A DNA stretch of 64,000 bases from Candidatus Bathyarchaeia archaeon. Its GTDB lineage: Archaea > Thermoproteota > Bathyarchaeia > 40CM-2-53-6. The notes beneath the pieces are model-generated. The model worked only from the letters and a program-made list of their open reading frames with translations. It made no database searches and was not told the DNA's origin. The position numbers and the translations under genes are program-made. Positions 55,814 through 64,000 of the stretch are shown in pieces (the first letter of the stretch is position 1; each line of letters opens with the position of its first letter). The stretch is from positions 64,001 to 128,000 of the forward strand of contig JBEKVV010000003.1 in NCBI GenBank assembly GCA_049513715.1. The letters are read 5' to 3'.

Positions 55814-57124
55814 TTACTGGATTGAACCTGCTTGTCGTATGCGCTGTGAACCGCAGTCACCGCAAAACTTAGCGCGCTGAAGAAGCTTCGCTCCGCAGTT
55901 TATGCAAAATGGAGGAGTTGGCGTCGGTCCGGTGGGGGCGGTTTGCGCTGGTGAAGTGGTTTGTATCGAGTTTGCGTCGGTTGTTGGGGTCAGGTTGGCT
56001 GGTGAAGGTCTACCTCTCAAGAGTAGAAACAGTGTGGCCAGGAACAGGGCTATGAAGATGAGCATTAGGGAGCCGAACATTGTTTCAGTTGTGGGGTCTG
56101 TTGTGGTTGTTGTGCTTGTCACTATGCCGGTTATGATGATGGGGTTAGGGGTTGAGGTTGTTGTTTGGGTTGTATAGCTCGTTTGCGTCAGAAGTGAAAG
56201 TGCAGTAGCGGTCGTGGTCGTTTGTTGTTGATAGCCGTTACCTGGGGAGCAGTAGGGATAACTCGGGTCGTTTGGGTAGCAAGGAGCGGGAACCTGATTG
56301 TAACACCCATAGTAGTTACAGTTCGAATAGCAACCAGAGTAGCCGCAGTTCGAATTGCACCCATAGTAGTTACAGTTCGAGTAGCAACCATAGTAGTTGC
56401 AGTTGGTTGTATAGCAGTTGTACCCGTGGTGACATGTGCTGTACGGGGGATCCGTTGATACCGTTGTCGAGCTTGTGATCACGACAGTCGTGGTTACGGC
56501 CGATGTAGTGGGGTCAGTGGATGTGGTAGCTGTAGGGGGTGCAGACGTCGTAGATGTTGATGAAGCCGAAGTTGAAGATGCTAACGAAGTTAATGTTGTC
56601 ACGGCAGACGTCACAGGAATCGTAGCCGTCTCGGACGACGTAGCCGAAGAGGTTACGCTGGTGCTGGAAGATGTTTCACTTGTCACCGAAGATGACTCAG
56701 ATGTTGAACTCGTAGAGATTGTGGACGACCCGGATGTTGTAGACGACGACTGGTCCGTCGTGTCAGTAGACACCGATGAGGACGAAATCACGGTAGAATC
56801 CGTTGAGGACGAAACCACAGAGGTCGTCGGCGTTACAGACGTAGATTCCGTCGAAACCACAGATGTCGTTGATGTTACAGAGGTAAATTCTGTCGAAACC
56901 GTAGGGTCCGGAGACGTTGTGGAAGAGTCCGGCGACGCTGTAGACGACGAAGAGTCCGTCAGAGTAGAGTTACCTGTCTGGAAGACCCTGGCGGCGCTCG
57001 CCGTCGGGCCGCTCAAGACCAGGCCCAATAGAGCTAGGGAAATGATTACGAATACGGCAACTCGCAGATTAGGACGCACCCCTAGCAGACTCCTGTTCAT
57101 TCGTCGATTCTTCTTGCACTGCAT
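55814..57124 (-). CDS. Ser/Thr-rich membrane protein with Cys/Tyr repeats and cytoplasmic zinc ribbon
   Basis: Signal peptide, S/T stalk, (SNCNYYGCY)-type repeats, TM, FCINCG..FCGDCG. Confidence 0.82.
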   Translation of the reverse strand: MQCKKNRRMNRSLLGVRPNLRVAVFVIISLALLGLVLSGPTASAARVFQTGNSTLTDSSSSTASPDSSTTSPDPTVSTEFTSVTSTTSVVSTESTSVTPTTSVVSSSTDSTVISSSSVSTDTTDQSSSTTSGSSTISTSSTSESSSVTSETSSSTSVTSSATSSETATIPVTSAVTTLTSLASSTSASSTSTTSAPPTATTSTDPTTSAVTTTVVITSSTTVSTDPPYSTCHHGYNCYTTNCNYYGCYSNCNYYGCNSNCGYSGCYSNCNYYGCYNQVPAPCYPNDPSYPYCSPGNGYQQQTTTTATALSLLTQTSYTTQTTTSTPNPIIITGIVTSTTTTTDPTTETMFGSLMLIFIALFLATLFLLLRGRPSPANLTPTTDANSIQTTSPAQTAPTGPTPTPPFCINCGAKLLQRAKFCGDCGSQRIRQAGSIQ

Positions 57125-57287
57125 GCACTTAACTATGTCTTGTAGTTGACGTATAAACGAAATGGATGAATCATCCTTTCTGCTCCATTCTTTAGCGAAA
57201 GCCTACTAGCGGTTAGGAAGGACTCAGAAAGCAAGAACCAATGCTGAAACTGCGAATTGCGTTCATTACGATGGAATAATCGCTTCA

Positions 57288-57340
57288 GTGTGTGTGGCAC
57301 TATTGGTGCGAGCACTGGAAATCGAACCGTAAGTTCAGGC
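57288..57340 (+). repeat. Dyad site plus linker
   Basis: GTGTGTGTGGCA-CTAT-TGGTGCG-N9-AATCGAACCGTAAGTTCAGGC. Confidence 0.87.
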
Positions 57341-57348
57341 AGTTTTTT

Positions 57349-57379
57349 GTGCGTGTGTGCGCGCACCAGCGTATCCAAC
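57349..57379 (-). repeat. Dyad site
   Basis: Minus: GTTGGAT-ACGC-TGGTGCG-CGCACACACGCAC. Confidence 0.8.
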
Positions 57380-57431
57380 TCGTCAACAATGGGAGAGAGG
57401 GATGTGGCGGCAATGTGTGTTCTGAGTTTCC

Positions 57432-58163
57432 TTAACTAATAGTCGCAAGGTAGGTTAGGTTTGCGTGTGCGAGCGCATCGTTCGCTGCGGTGAAGCTACC
57501 GCCATTCAGGTCTGCGATGACTGTGCCGTTGTACATGGCTGCGAGTCCTTGTAACTGCCATCTGAGTGTGTTTCCGTTAGAGTCGGTTGCTGTGCCGCCT
57601 ATGACCAGTCGACCAAGGCTGCTCATTTGGCCTTTGCCACCGGTTATGGTGAACGTGTTTCCGTTGACAACGATCGAGCCACTTTGAATTGTCCATTGTA
57701 TTCCGCCGTTAGCCGTGTCGGTTGCTACTTGAGCGGTTATCGTTATCGAGGTGCTGTACGTTGTGACAGGGGGCATGAAGGTGCCATTCCAGCTAGGATT
57801 GATGAAGGTCTGATTCCGGTTGTGGTCGATCGCGGTCTGGTTCAGGTTCTTGTGGTTTCTGATGGTTTGATTCAGGTTGTGAAATCCGCCTGTCTGATTC
57901 CAGTTATGATTCTTGTTAGTTTGGTTCCAGTTCCGGTTTCCTGGACCCGGCATGCTGCTGGCATTGAATGGATGCGAAGGAACCGTGGCTATTCCGTACA
58001 CTGAGGTAATGGTGACCGTGGAACCCACTGGGAACTCTGTCTGTGGGTTGAAAGAGCCCGAGGCTGCCTGCGCTGATGCATTGCTGGTTGTCACCCAAAG
58101 CCCTGCAACAGTCAACGTTAGGAGGATTCCAGCTATGAGAGAATACTTCATGGTTTTCTGCAT
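57432..58163 (-). CDS. Secreted protein with N-glycosylation sequon repeats
   Basis: Signal peptide; five NQT units; beta-domain like 10711..11646. Confidence 0.8.
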   Translation of the reverse strand: MQKTMKYSLIAGILLTLTVAGLWVTTSNASAQAASGSFNPQTEFPVGSTVTITSVYGIATVPSHPFNASSMPGPGNRNWNQTNKNHNWNQTGGFHNLNQTIRNHKNLNQTAIDHNRNQTFINPSWNGTFMPPVTTYSTSITITAQVATDTANGGIQWTIQSGSIVVNGNTFTITGGKGQMSSLGRLVIGGTATDSNGNTLRWQLQGLAAMYNGTVIADLNGGSFTAANDALAHANLTYLATIS

Positions 58164-58260
58164 TTTCTTCAGCTCATTGGAACTATGCAGTGTAGTTCAC
58201 CACTTATAACCAGAGTGGACGAATCATCCACTGCATGAGTGCGCAGCTTAACCATGGCTC

Positions 58261-58325
58261 GTGGCTTGCAAGAAGTATCTACACACACACGAAAAATGAT
58301 TAAACTTACGATTCAAATTCTGTTA
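58261..58325 (-). repeat. Degenerate linker plus site (composite unit)
   Basis: Minus: GAATTTGAATCGTAAGTTTAA...TTTCGTGTGTGTGTAGAT. Confidence 0.6.
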
Positions 58326-58457
58326 GCTCGCCGAAAATCCAAAGAGAGCAAAGAGATAATGTAGAGTACTGTCTAAGAATCATTGCCTTCTGTAGGTAAT
58401 GTGGGACGAAACTCTAGACGCAGAACATACACTGTGCACAGTTGTTGCCGCGCTTTG

Positions 58458-59243
58458 TCAAGGTTCTGTCCGTTCAGTTATTTCATGTCCACCGTACACG
58501 AAGAGTCTGGGCTTTCCACCACTAAGCTCCACGTAGGTGTTGTGGATGACAGCGTCTTTAACCCAAGAACCGGTGTTCACTACGTTTTCCGCTTTGTTGA
58601 CGAATGGAACGTGGGTGTGACCAAATATGAGAACTTCCCCAGGCTTGACTTCATTACAAGCAGTCATATTGATTTTATTGAGAGACTCCTTTAGTCTATC
58701 CTCAGGGCGCCGGTGAAGCCGCTCAGCCATCGCTGCTAGATCTGCTTTTACGAAAGAGGGTTCTATCTTCGAGAAAATATTGTTCACGCTATTGAAATCT
58801 ACCCATAAGTTACTCTCTAGGGCACCGCCTTGGTCGGACATTACTCGACACAAGAATGCCATCAAAGGCATCTTCTGTTCAGGATCGAACTGGTAGCCGT
58901 GAACGAAACGATAATTGAACTGTCCATCAGTCAGGCTCAATTCCTTCCTGAACTCAAGGGGATATGCTGGGTTGACAAGATCCACGACATGATAATCATG
59001 ATTTCCCGCCACGTAAAATACCTGGACCCCTTTGGATTTGAGAGCAAGAAGCTTAGCAACTGTGTCGTGGTGTTCCAGGAATACCCCTGCAGCATCCCTC
59101 CTCCACATATCCACCACATCTCCAAGAAGAACCATGTGCGTAACATCGCTTTCTTGACTAAGGTTGTCGAGGAATGCGTTGAACGCTGTCTTGTCAGCAT
59201 TTGCGTAACCTAAGTGCTGATCGGATGTGACAACGACTTTCAT
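58458..59243 (-). CDS. Calcineurin-like metallophosphoesterase (LpxH-like)
   Basis: SDQHLG, GDVVD, GNHD, HG, GHTH, NTGSW. Confidence 0.92.
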   Translation of the reverse strand: MKVVVTSDQHLGYANADKTAFNAFLDNLSQESDVTHMVLLGDVVDMWRRDAAGVFLEHHDTVAKLLALKSKGVQVFYVAGNHDYHVVDLVNPAYPLEFRKELSLTDGQFNYRFVHGYQFDPEQKMPLMAFLCRVMSDQGGALESNLWVDFNSVNNIFSKIEPSFVKADLAAMAERLHRRPEDRLKESLNKINMTACNEVKPGEVLIFGHTHVPFVNKAENVVNTGSWVKDAVIHNTYVELSGGKPRLFVYGGHEITERTEP

Positions 59244-59262
59244 AGTACCCCCTCTAAGCTGA

Positions 59263-59418
59263 CTACAAATGCAGATCGAGAGCCTGCTGGAAGTTGCGCT
59301 TGGCCTCTTTCAGAGTCTTTCCCACCGAGTAGACGCCGAGAGCTGAACACGCCACGGCGTAGGTTCCATTATCCTCTTCCATAATCTCCGTCTTCACGTC
59401 TTTCAGTTTCAAAGCCAA
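59263..59418 (-). CDS. HicB-like antitoxin (short/orphan)
   Basis: EEDNGTYAVACSALGVYSVGKTLKEAKRNFQQALDL. Confidence 0.7.
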   Translation of the reverse strand: MALKLKDVKTEIMEEDNGTYAVACSALGVYSVGKTLKEAKRNFQQALDLHL

Positions 59419-59513
59419 GCTACGACCACACAGCAGCGGAATGGCCATGACTCCTATAAGTGCTTCAAGGGCTTCCGCTAAGTAGAGAGTAACGATCTTA
59501 CCGCGATTAAGGT

Positions 59514-59855
59514 TCAGGTTTTCTTGTCTTTCTTCTCTTTCTCTTCTTTTGCTTCTAGGGTCCGGCCGCATTTAGCGCAGAACTTTGCTTCTACGGGGTT
59601 TCTGTGTTTGCAGATGGGGCAGGAGGTTGTGGGCACTTTCTGTAGGCCGGATTTGGCTTTGACGAACACTACGTCTCCTATTCTTTCAATTTCTTCGAAG
59701 GACAGGAATGATTCTTCTTCATCGCCAATTTCCACAATCAATGCTAGTTGGCCGTTGTTGGACCATGCCAGGTCTTTGGTTACGCCCAGTTTCTTGGCCT
59801 CGCCGTCGATTACTTCTTTGCCGACTACTTCTTCACGTCTTCGCCATTGCACCAA
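59514..59855 (-). CDS. PRC-barrel plus zinc-ribbon protein
   Basis: VVGKEVID..KKLG..IERIGDVVFV; CPIC..FCAKCG. Confidence 0.85.
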   Translation of the reverse strand: MVQWRRREEVVGKEVIDGEAKKLGVTKDLAWSNNGQLALIVEIGDEEESFLSFEEIERIGDVVFVKAKSGLQKVPTTSCPICKHRNPVEAKFCAKCGRTLEAKEEKEKKDKKT

Positions 59856-59947
59856 CCCTAAAACCTCAACCCTAATTTGACGTGTAGTTTGCTGCTTATG
59901 TATTTAGCATTGCTCAACGTAATTCAGTCTCACACGGAGGTTGGGGT

Positions 59948-61018
59948 ATGAGGGAGGCGGCGGGCGTTCTGGTTCCGTTGCAGAATGCGGAGAGAACCAT
60001 CCGAACCCTGCGAAAGCTCAAGCTCATCGATGAAACGCTTCAATTCACAAGAACCCGTGAGGGCTTGATCATCCCTCTCATCCATGAACCCGCTCCTGAA
60101 GAACTAACCGCAATCCGAGAGCAATGCGGGAATTTGACCGCTCAACGAACCTGGTTCGAAGAATCGAAACGCAACCCCCGAGACCTTAAGGAGGCCCTGC
60201 AAAGCAAAATCCCAGCCGAATCGATTTCAATGCTACCCACATCTTTCGACGTCATTGGCGATGTGGCCATCGTTGAGCTCCCCGAAGGGCTGAGCCAGTA
60301 TGGGTCCATGATTGGGGCTGGAATTCTGAGCCTAAACCCACGCATCCGGCTTGTGCTGAAGAAGATGAGCGAGACTTCGGGAAGATTCAGAACCCGGCAA
60401 TTTCAAGCAATAGCCGGACCCGGAACCACAGAAACCCTCTACACCGAGTTCTCTTGCCGTTACCATCTCGACGTCGCGAAAGTTTACTTTAACCCGCGTT
60501 TGTCGCACGAGCGAATGCGCGTTGCGCAGCAGGTCCAGCCGGGGGAACGCGTGCTTGACATGTTTGCCGGCGTCGGCCCCTACTCAATCCTCATCGCCAA
60601 GAAACAACCCGAAGCCGAGGTTCATTCAATCGACGTCAACCCCGACGCGTACAGGTACCTAACCGAGAACGTTTTCCTGAACAAGGTTGCTGACCGGGTG
60701 ATCCCGATGCTCGGGGACGCGAGGGATTTAGTGGAAACGAACCTACGTGGAAAGGCTACGCGGGTGATCATGAACCTCCCGGCAGAAGCATGGAAGTTTG
60801 TGGACGTAGCGGTCGACGCCCTAAGTGAACAGGGCGGCGTATTGCACTACTATACGTTCGCGTCCCGGATGGACCGGATAGAGGATTTGATGAACACATT
60901 CCGGTCCGCCGTGGAGTCTCAGAGAAGGAAAGTTCCTGAATTCAAATTCTGCAGGCCCATTAGGGAAGTTGCCCCAAACAGAGTGCAAATAGCCATAGAC
61001 GCCCAAGTGAAAAGGTGA
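59948..61018 (+). CDS. trm5: Trm5/Met-10+ family tRNA (guanine37-N1) methyltransferase
   Basis: FDVIGDVA, VYFNPRL..ER, DMFAGVGPY, IMNLP. Confidence 0.9.
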   Translation: MREAAGVLVPLQNAERTIRTLRKLKLIDETLQFTRTREGLIIPLIHEPAPEELTAIREQCGNLTAQRTWFEESKRNPRDLKEALQSKIPAESISMLPTSFDVIGDVAIVELPEGLSQYGSMIGAGILSLNPRIRLVLKKMSETSGRFRTRQFQAIAGPGTTETLYTEFSCRYHLDVAKVYFNPRLSHERMRVAQQVQPGERVLDMFAGVGPYSILIAKKQPEAEVHSIDVNPDAYRYLTENVFLNKVADRVIPMLGDARDLVETNLRGKATRVIMNLPAEAWKFVDVAVDALSEQGGVLHYYTFASRMDRIEDLMNTFRSAVESQRRKVPEFKFCRPIREVAPNRVQIAIDAQVKR

Positions 61019-61065
61019 TTATAAGCAGCTCATAATGACAATTATCTTTAATAGACGCTCATAAT
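61018..61065. promoter_or_regulatory. TA promoter/operator
   Basis: GCTCATAAT twice (61028, 61057) plus inverted ATTATAAGC around a TTTAATA box. Confidence 0.45.
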
Positions 61066-61087
61066 CGGAAGCAATTGCAGAGCAACG

Positions 61088-61276
61088 ATGACAGCAACCA
61101 CCATTCCTCTCGAAAAAGAAACCAGAGACCGTTTGAGGTCACGCGGAAGGAAAGGGGAAACATACGATCAGATCCTCAAGCGACTAATGTCCTTGGTCGA
61201 GTATGAAGAATTCATGGAAAGACAGTATGAGCGTCTCAAAGACAAGAAAGAGTATGTCTCCTTGGACGAACTGTGA
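61088..61276 (+). CDS. RHH-like antitoxin
   Basis: TTIPLEKETRDRL..GETYDQILKRL; precedes RelE. Confidence 0.85.
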   Translation: MTATTIPLEKETRDRLRSRGRKGETYDQILKRLMSLVEYEEFMERQYERLKDKKEYVSLDEL

Positions 61277-61549
61277 TTGCCCTACGAAATCAAACTTCAC
61301 AGAGTAGTTTCCAGGGCCCTTGCCAGAATGGAACCTAAGCTGCGAGAAAGGATCATAATGGGCCTGCGGAAGCTGAAGGAGAACCCGCATGAATCAAGGT
61401 CAGGCCTAGACATAGTCAGGTTGACAGGCACCAAGGGGAGGCAAGATTTGTATCGTTTGCGGATCGGCGACTATCGAGCAATATACGGAGTCGAGGGCAA
61501 GGTAGTATACGTGACAGATCTCTTCCACAGAGGAAGGGGATACGACTAG
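61277..61549 (+). CDS. relE: RelE/ParE family toxin
   Basis: YRLRIGDYRAIY...HRGRGY. Confidence 0.92.
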   Translation: MPYEIKLHRVVSRALARMEPKLRERIIMGLRKLKENPHESRSGLDIVRLTGTKGRQDLYRLRIGDYRAIYGVEGKVVYVTDLFHRGRGYD

Positions 61550-61989
61550 CCGCTAGAGCAAGCCTGGGTCTCAGCGATCAGCCGGACTCTCAACTTGGTG
61601 TTTGGAGAAGTAAGCATGTGAACTAATTCCCGGTTGAGGTCGCAGGCGGCCTTGTCCGCCAGCACCATAATCGTCCTATCAGAGGCGAAAGTTGACTTTC
61701 TCCCCACAATCTCTGTTGGATGCGTCAATGAGAGATCGTGTGAGCCTTTGCCTCGTATAGTTTCAGTCAGGTTCTCGGTGGAGAGCTCCGCAATGATTGT
61801 GGCATTGTCGTTCCTGCATAAGTCTCGGAATTCCTGGGACAAATCCGCTAACCCTTTCGTCGCGCAGACCGCGACCACGCAATCCCCACGCCTCGACAAC
61901 TCAAAATCCTTCGTGATCTCCCACGTCATCGAATGCGAACCCAAAACGTTCCTATGCCCTTTCGCGTAGAACTCCTCAACAACCCGCAA
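61546..61989 (-). CDS. DUF371 family protein
   Basis: KGHRNV..H..TWEITKD..RGDC; RKS..SDRT..ADKAA. Confidence 0.92.
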   Translation of the reverse strand: MRVVEEFYAKGHRNVLGSHSMTWEITKDFELSRRGDCVVAVCATKGLADLSQEFRDLCRNDNATIIAELSTENLTETIRGKGSHDLSLTHPTEIVGRKSTFASDRTIMVLADKAACDLNRELVHMLTSPNTKLRVRLIAETQACSSG

Positions 61990-62041
61990 ACCAAAAACCC
62001 ACTCTCTTCTGTTTCACAGCGTAACTTGAACCTTTATTGAC

Positions 62042-62755
62042 TTGCATTGCATTCCTTACGTGTTGAAGGCCTTGAAGGATTTCGCTGCATTAAGAAAGAA
62101 CGCCGTGGAAGAGTTGCGGAGTCAGGGAATTCTAAAAGACCTGAACATCGTCAAGGCCATGGGAAAGGTGCCGAGGGAGGAATTTCTTCCAGAAGACGTA
62201 AGGTCGTACGCGTACGTTGATTCGCCCTTACCCATCGGTTTTGGGCAGACGACGAGCGCGCTGCACATGACCGCTTTGTTCTGCGAGTACGGGGAAATGA
62301 AGGCCGGCATGCGGGTTCTGGAGGTGGGGGGCGGGTGCGGTTACATGAGCTGCGTGTACGCGGAGGTGGTTGCTCCGTTGGAGTTGCCGAAAGAAAAGTG
62401 GGGGCACGTCTGGTCCGCAGAAATTGTCCCTGACTTGGCGGATTTTGGCAAGAGCAACGTAGAACGACTAGGGTACGCGGAGAAAGTAACCTACCTTCAG
62501 GAGGATGCGTCGGAAGGGCTGCCGGGGGAAGACCCCTTCGATTTGATCATCGTAACCAGCGCAGCGCCCGAAATACCGGACCGGCTTGTGAAGCAAATCA
62601 AACCAAGGGGCACACTGCTCATACCCATCGGGGACAGCAGCTTCTTCCAACAACTAATCCGGGTCAAGAAGAAAACGGACGGGAGACTCTCACAGGAAAA
62701 CCTTGGCGGCGTCGCATTCGTGCCCATGAGGGGAAAACGAGGCTGGAGCCAATAA
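62042..62755 (+). CDS. pcm: Protein-L-isoaspartate O-methyltransferase
   Basis: VPREEF, AYVDSPLPIGFGQT, LEVGGGCGY, FVPM; start probably a little later. Confidence 0.93.
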   Translation: MHCIPYVLKALKDFAALRKNAVEELRSQGILKDLNIVKAMGKVPREEFLPEDVRSYAYVDSPLPIGFGQTTSALHMTALFCEYGEMKAGMRVLEVGGGCGYMSCVYAEVVAPLELPKEKWGHVWSAEIVPDLADFGKSNVERLGYAEKVTYLQEDASEGLPGEDPFDLIIVTSAAPEIPDRLVKQIKPRGTLLIPIGDSSFFQQLIRVKKKTDGRLSQENLGGVAFVPMRGKRGWSQ

Positions 62756-62757
62756 GA

Positions 62758-63792
62758 TTACCCGAAGTAAGATTCGAGCGTTGTCTTGGCGCCAGCTGAT
62801 CTGGGGGTCGCGCTCATTTTTGAAACGGCCTTTCTCACCCGGTCCTCGGAGAAATCCCGCTCCCCGCACAGAAATGAGACGACCTTCTCCTCGTCTGGTT
62901 TGGACCATTTCAGAGAGTAATCTGACGTGACGTTTGGTTGAAGAAAAATCCTCCTTATCGTTTCGGGGCTGGGTTGGATTTTGATGTCGGGGTTGTGGGC
63001 TAAGAGGTTCTCTAGGTTGCCGTGTTCTTGGATGAGTTTCGCTGCGGTTTTGGGGCCGACCCCTTTCACTCCGTCTGGATTGAAATCGGTCCCGATCAAG
63101 ATGCCAACGTCAACCAGCTGCTCCCTAGTTAGCGAAAGAAGCTTCAGAGTGTTAGCTAGCTCGATGAGAAGTGGTTCAACCTCAACGTACGCTTCCCTTC
63201 GCGGCAACTTTCTACGCCCTGTTATTGCAAGGTTCTTCACCATCCTCGGGGCGCCGAAAAGAAGCGAATCATGGTCTTGGGAGGCGACGCCCCAGACATC
63301 GCCGCGGGAGGCAACGAACGCTGCTTGCGCTTCCCCTTCAGACGGGGCTTGAATCCACGCTATTCCAAGGGCGTCCAAGAGCTTCTTCGAATCCTCCACC
63401 ATCATGTCCTTCAAAGAAGACGTGGCCTGCGCGTACGTTCTAGCCTCCTCCAACTTGCCCTCCTTCAATGCCCGCTCGTACCGCACTATAGCCTCCTCTT
63501 TCACAAACCGCCTCCTACGAATCTCCATCTCCTTCAATTCCGGGGGTTTACCGTCGAAAACGAAAACGAGGCGCATGCCCTTCTCTACGAGGTTTGCGGT
63601 GCGGTACAGCAACCCACTCAGGTGACTCGTTACCCTTCCGTGACGATCCTTGAGCGGGGTTCCGTCCGGTTGCCGAATTATCGCCAGGAACTGGTAGAGG
63701 GTGTTGTATGCGTCTACGGCGAGCGTTTTGTTGGATAGGTTGTCGAGGGTTGTGGGTTGCTCTGGGATTATGTCGGCTAAGTCGACGCCCAA
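62758..63792 (-). CDS. fen1: Flap endonuclease 1
   Basis: DAYNTLYQFL, APSEGEAQAA, GTDFN..GVGPKTA, PIP-like TLESYF; TTG start 63792. Confidence 0.97.
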   Translation of the reverse strand: MGVDLADIIPEQPTTLDNLSNKTLAVDAYNTLYQFLAIIRQPDGTPLKDRHGRVTSHLSGLLYRTANLVEKGMRLVFVFDGKPPELKEMEIRRRRFVKEEAIVRYERALKEGKLEEARTYAQATSSLKDMMVEDSKKLLDALGIAWIQAPSEGEAQAAFVASRGDVWGVASQDHDSLLFGAPRMVKNLAITGRRKLPRREAYVEVEPLLIELANTLKLLSLTREQLVDVGILIGTDFNPDGVKGVGPKTAAKLIQEHGNLENLLAHNPDIKIQPSPETIRRIFLQPNVTSDYSLKWSKPDEEKVVSFLCGERDFSEDRVRKAVSKMSATPRSAGAKTTLESYFG

Positions 63793-63874
63793 GTTCTGAG
63801 ACCGGTCTTCTAGGTATTCTGTCGAGGCTACAAACGTTGCTTTGTCAGCGACGGGGTTCGAGGCTCTGGCTCGG

Positions 63875-64000
63875 TTACTTATCTTCCCGACGCCTAACAA
63901 TAATCTCCTGAAGCGACCCGCGGACGTAGACCTTGATAATTCGCCATTTCCCATGAACAAAATGTCGCTCTAATTTGGGAAATTCGCGGACTTCCGATTC
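63875..64000 (-). CDS. 3' end of a gene running in from beyond the window
   Basis: Open frame ESEVREFPKLERHFVHGKWRIIKVYVRGSLQEIIVRRREDK*. Confidence 0.5.
   Translation of the reverse strand, partial: ESEVREFPKLERHFVHGKWRIIKVYVRGSLQEIIVRRREDK

Noticed and set aside
56436..57149. Val-rich ORFs antisense to Thr/Ser-rich genes (also 10760, 49878, 50625, 51682, 52233)
   Set aside because: Shadow frames of ACN/TCN-rich coding sequence
59263..61549. HicB-like and RelBE loci as a novel defence system
   Set aside because: Ordinary type II TA components common in archaea

Overview
Archaeal chromosomal window, inferred to be TACK and most likely Bathyarchaeia-like from the multi-intron tRNAs, PEF/PGF/CFI-box-CTERM surface proteins and crenarchaeal-type PolB1. 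Core blocks are secE-spt5-rpl11, the rps19e-PDCD5-rpl39e-rpl31e-eIF6 cluster with yhbY/rpp21/nep1, ppsA, an N-glycosylation/nucleotide-sugar cluster bracketed by two TrmB paralogs, larC, trm5, pcm and fen1. Accessory regions lie between them. Two tRNA genes invisible to the ORF track are present: tRNA-Gly(GCC) with two non-canonical introns and tRNA-Ala(GGC) with three introns. The most striking signal is a dispersed family of about 20 short imperfect-dyad sites (consensus GTGTGTGGGT-N4-TGGTGCG-CACACAC). One copy is the 3' end of tRNA-Gly itself, and many copies keep the tRNA T-loop motif ATTTGAACC exactly 9 nt after the core. The sites sit almost only at the borders of single accessory genes, alternate in orientation downstream of tRNA-Gly, and show an attL/attR-type split around a 311-bp minicassette. 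Together this suggests a tRNA-anchored, pdif/integron-like gene-cassette shuffling system, although no recombinase is encoded in this window. A PolB1-like polymerase that appears to lack its whole proofreading domain lies next to the array. All product calls are by motif recognition; no database search was run.
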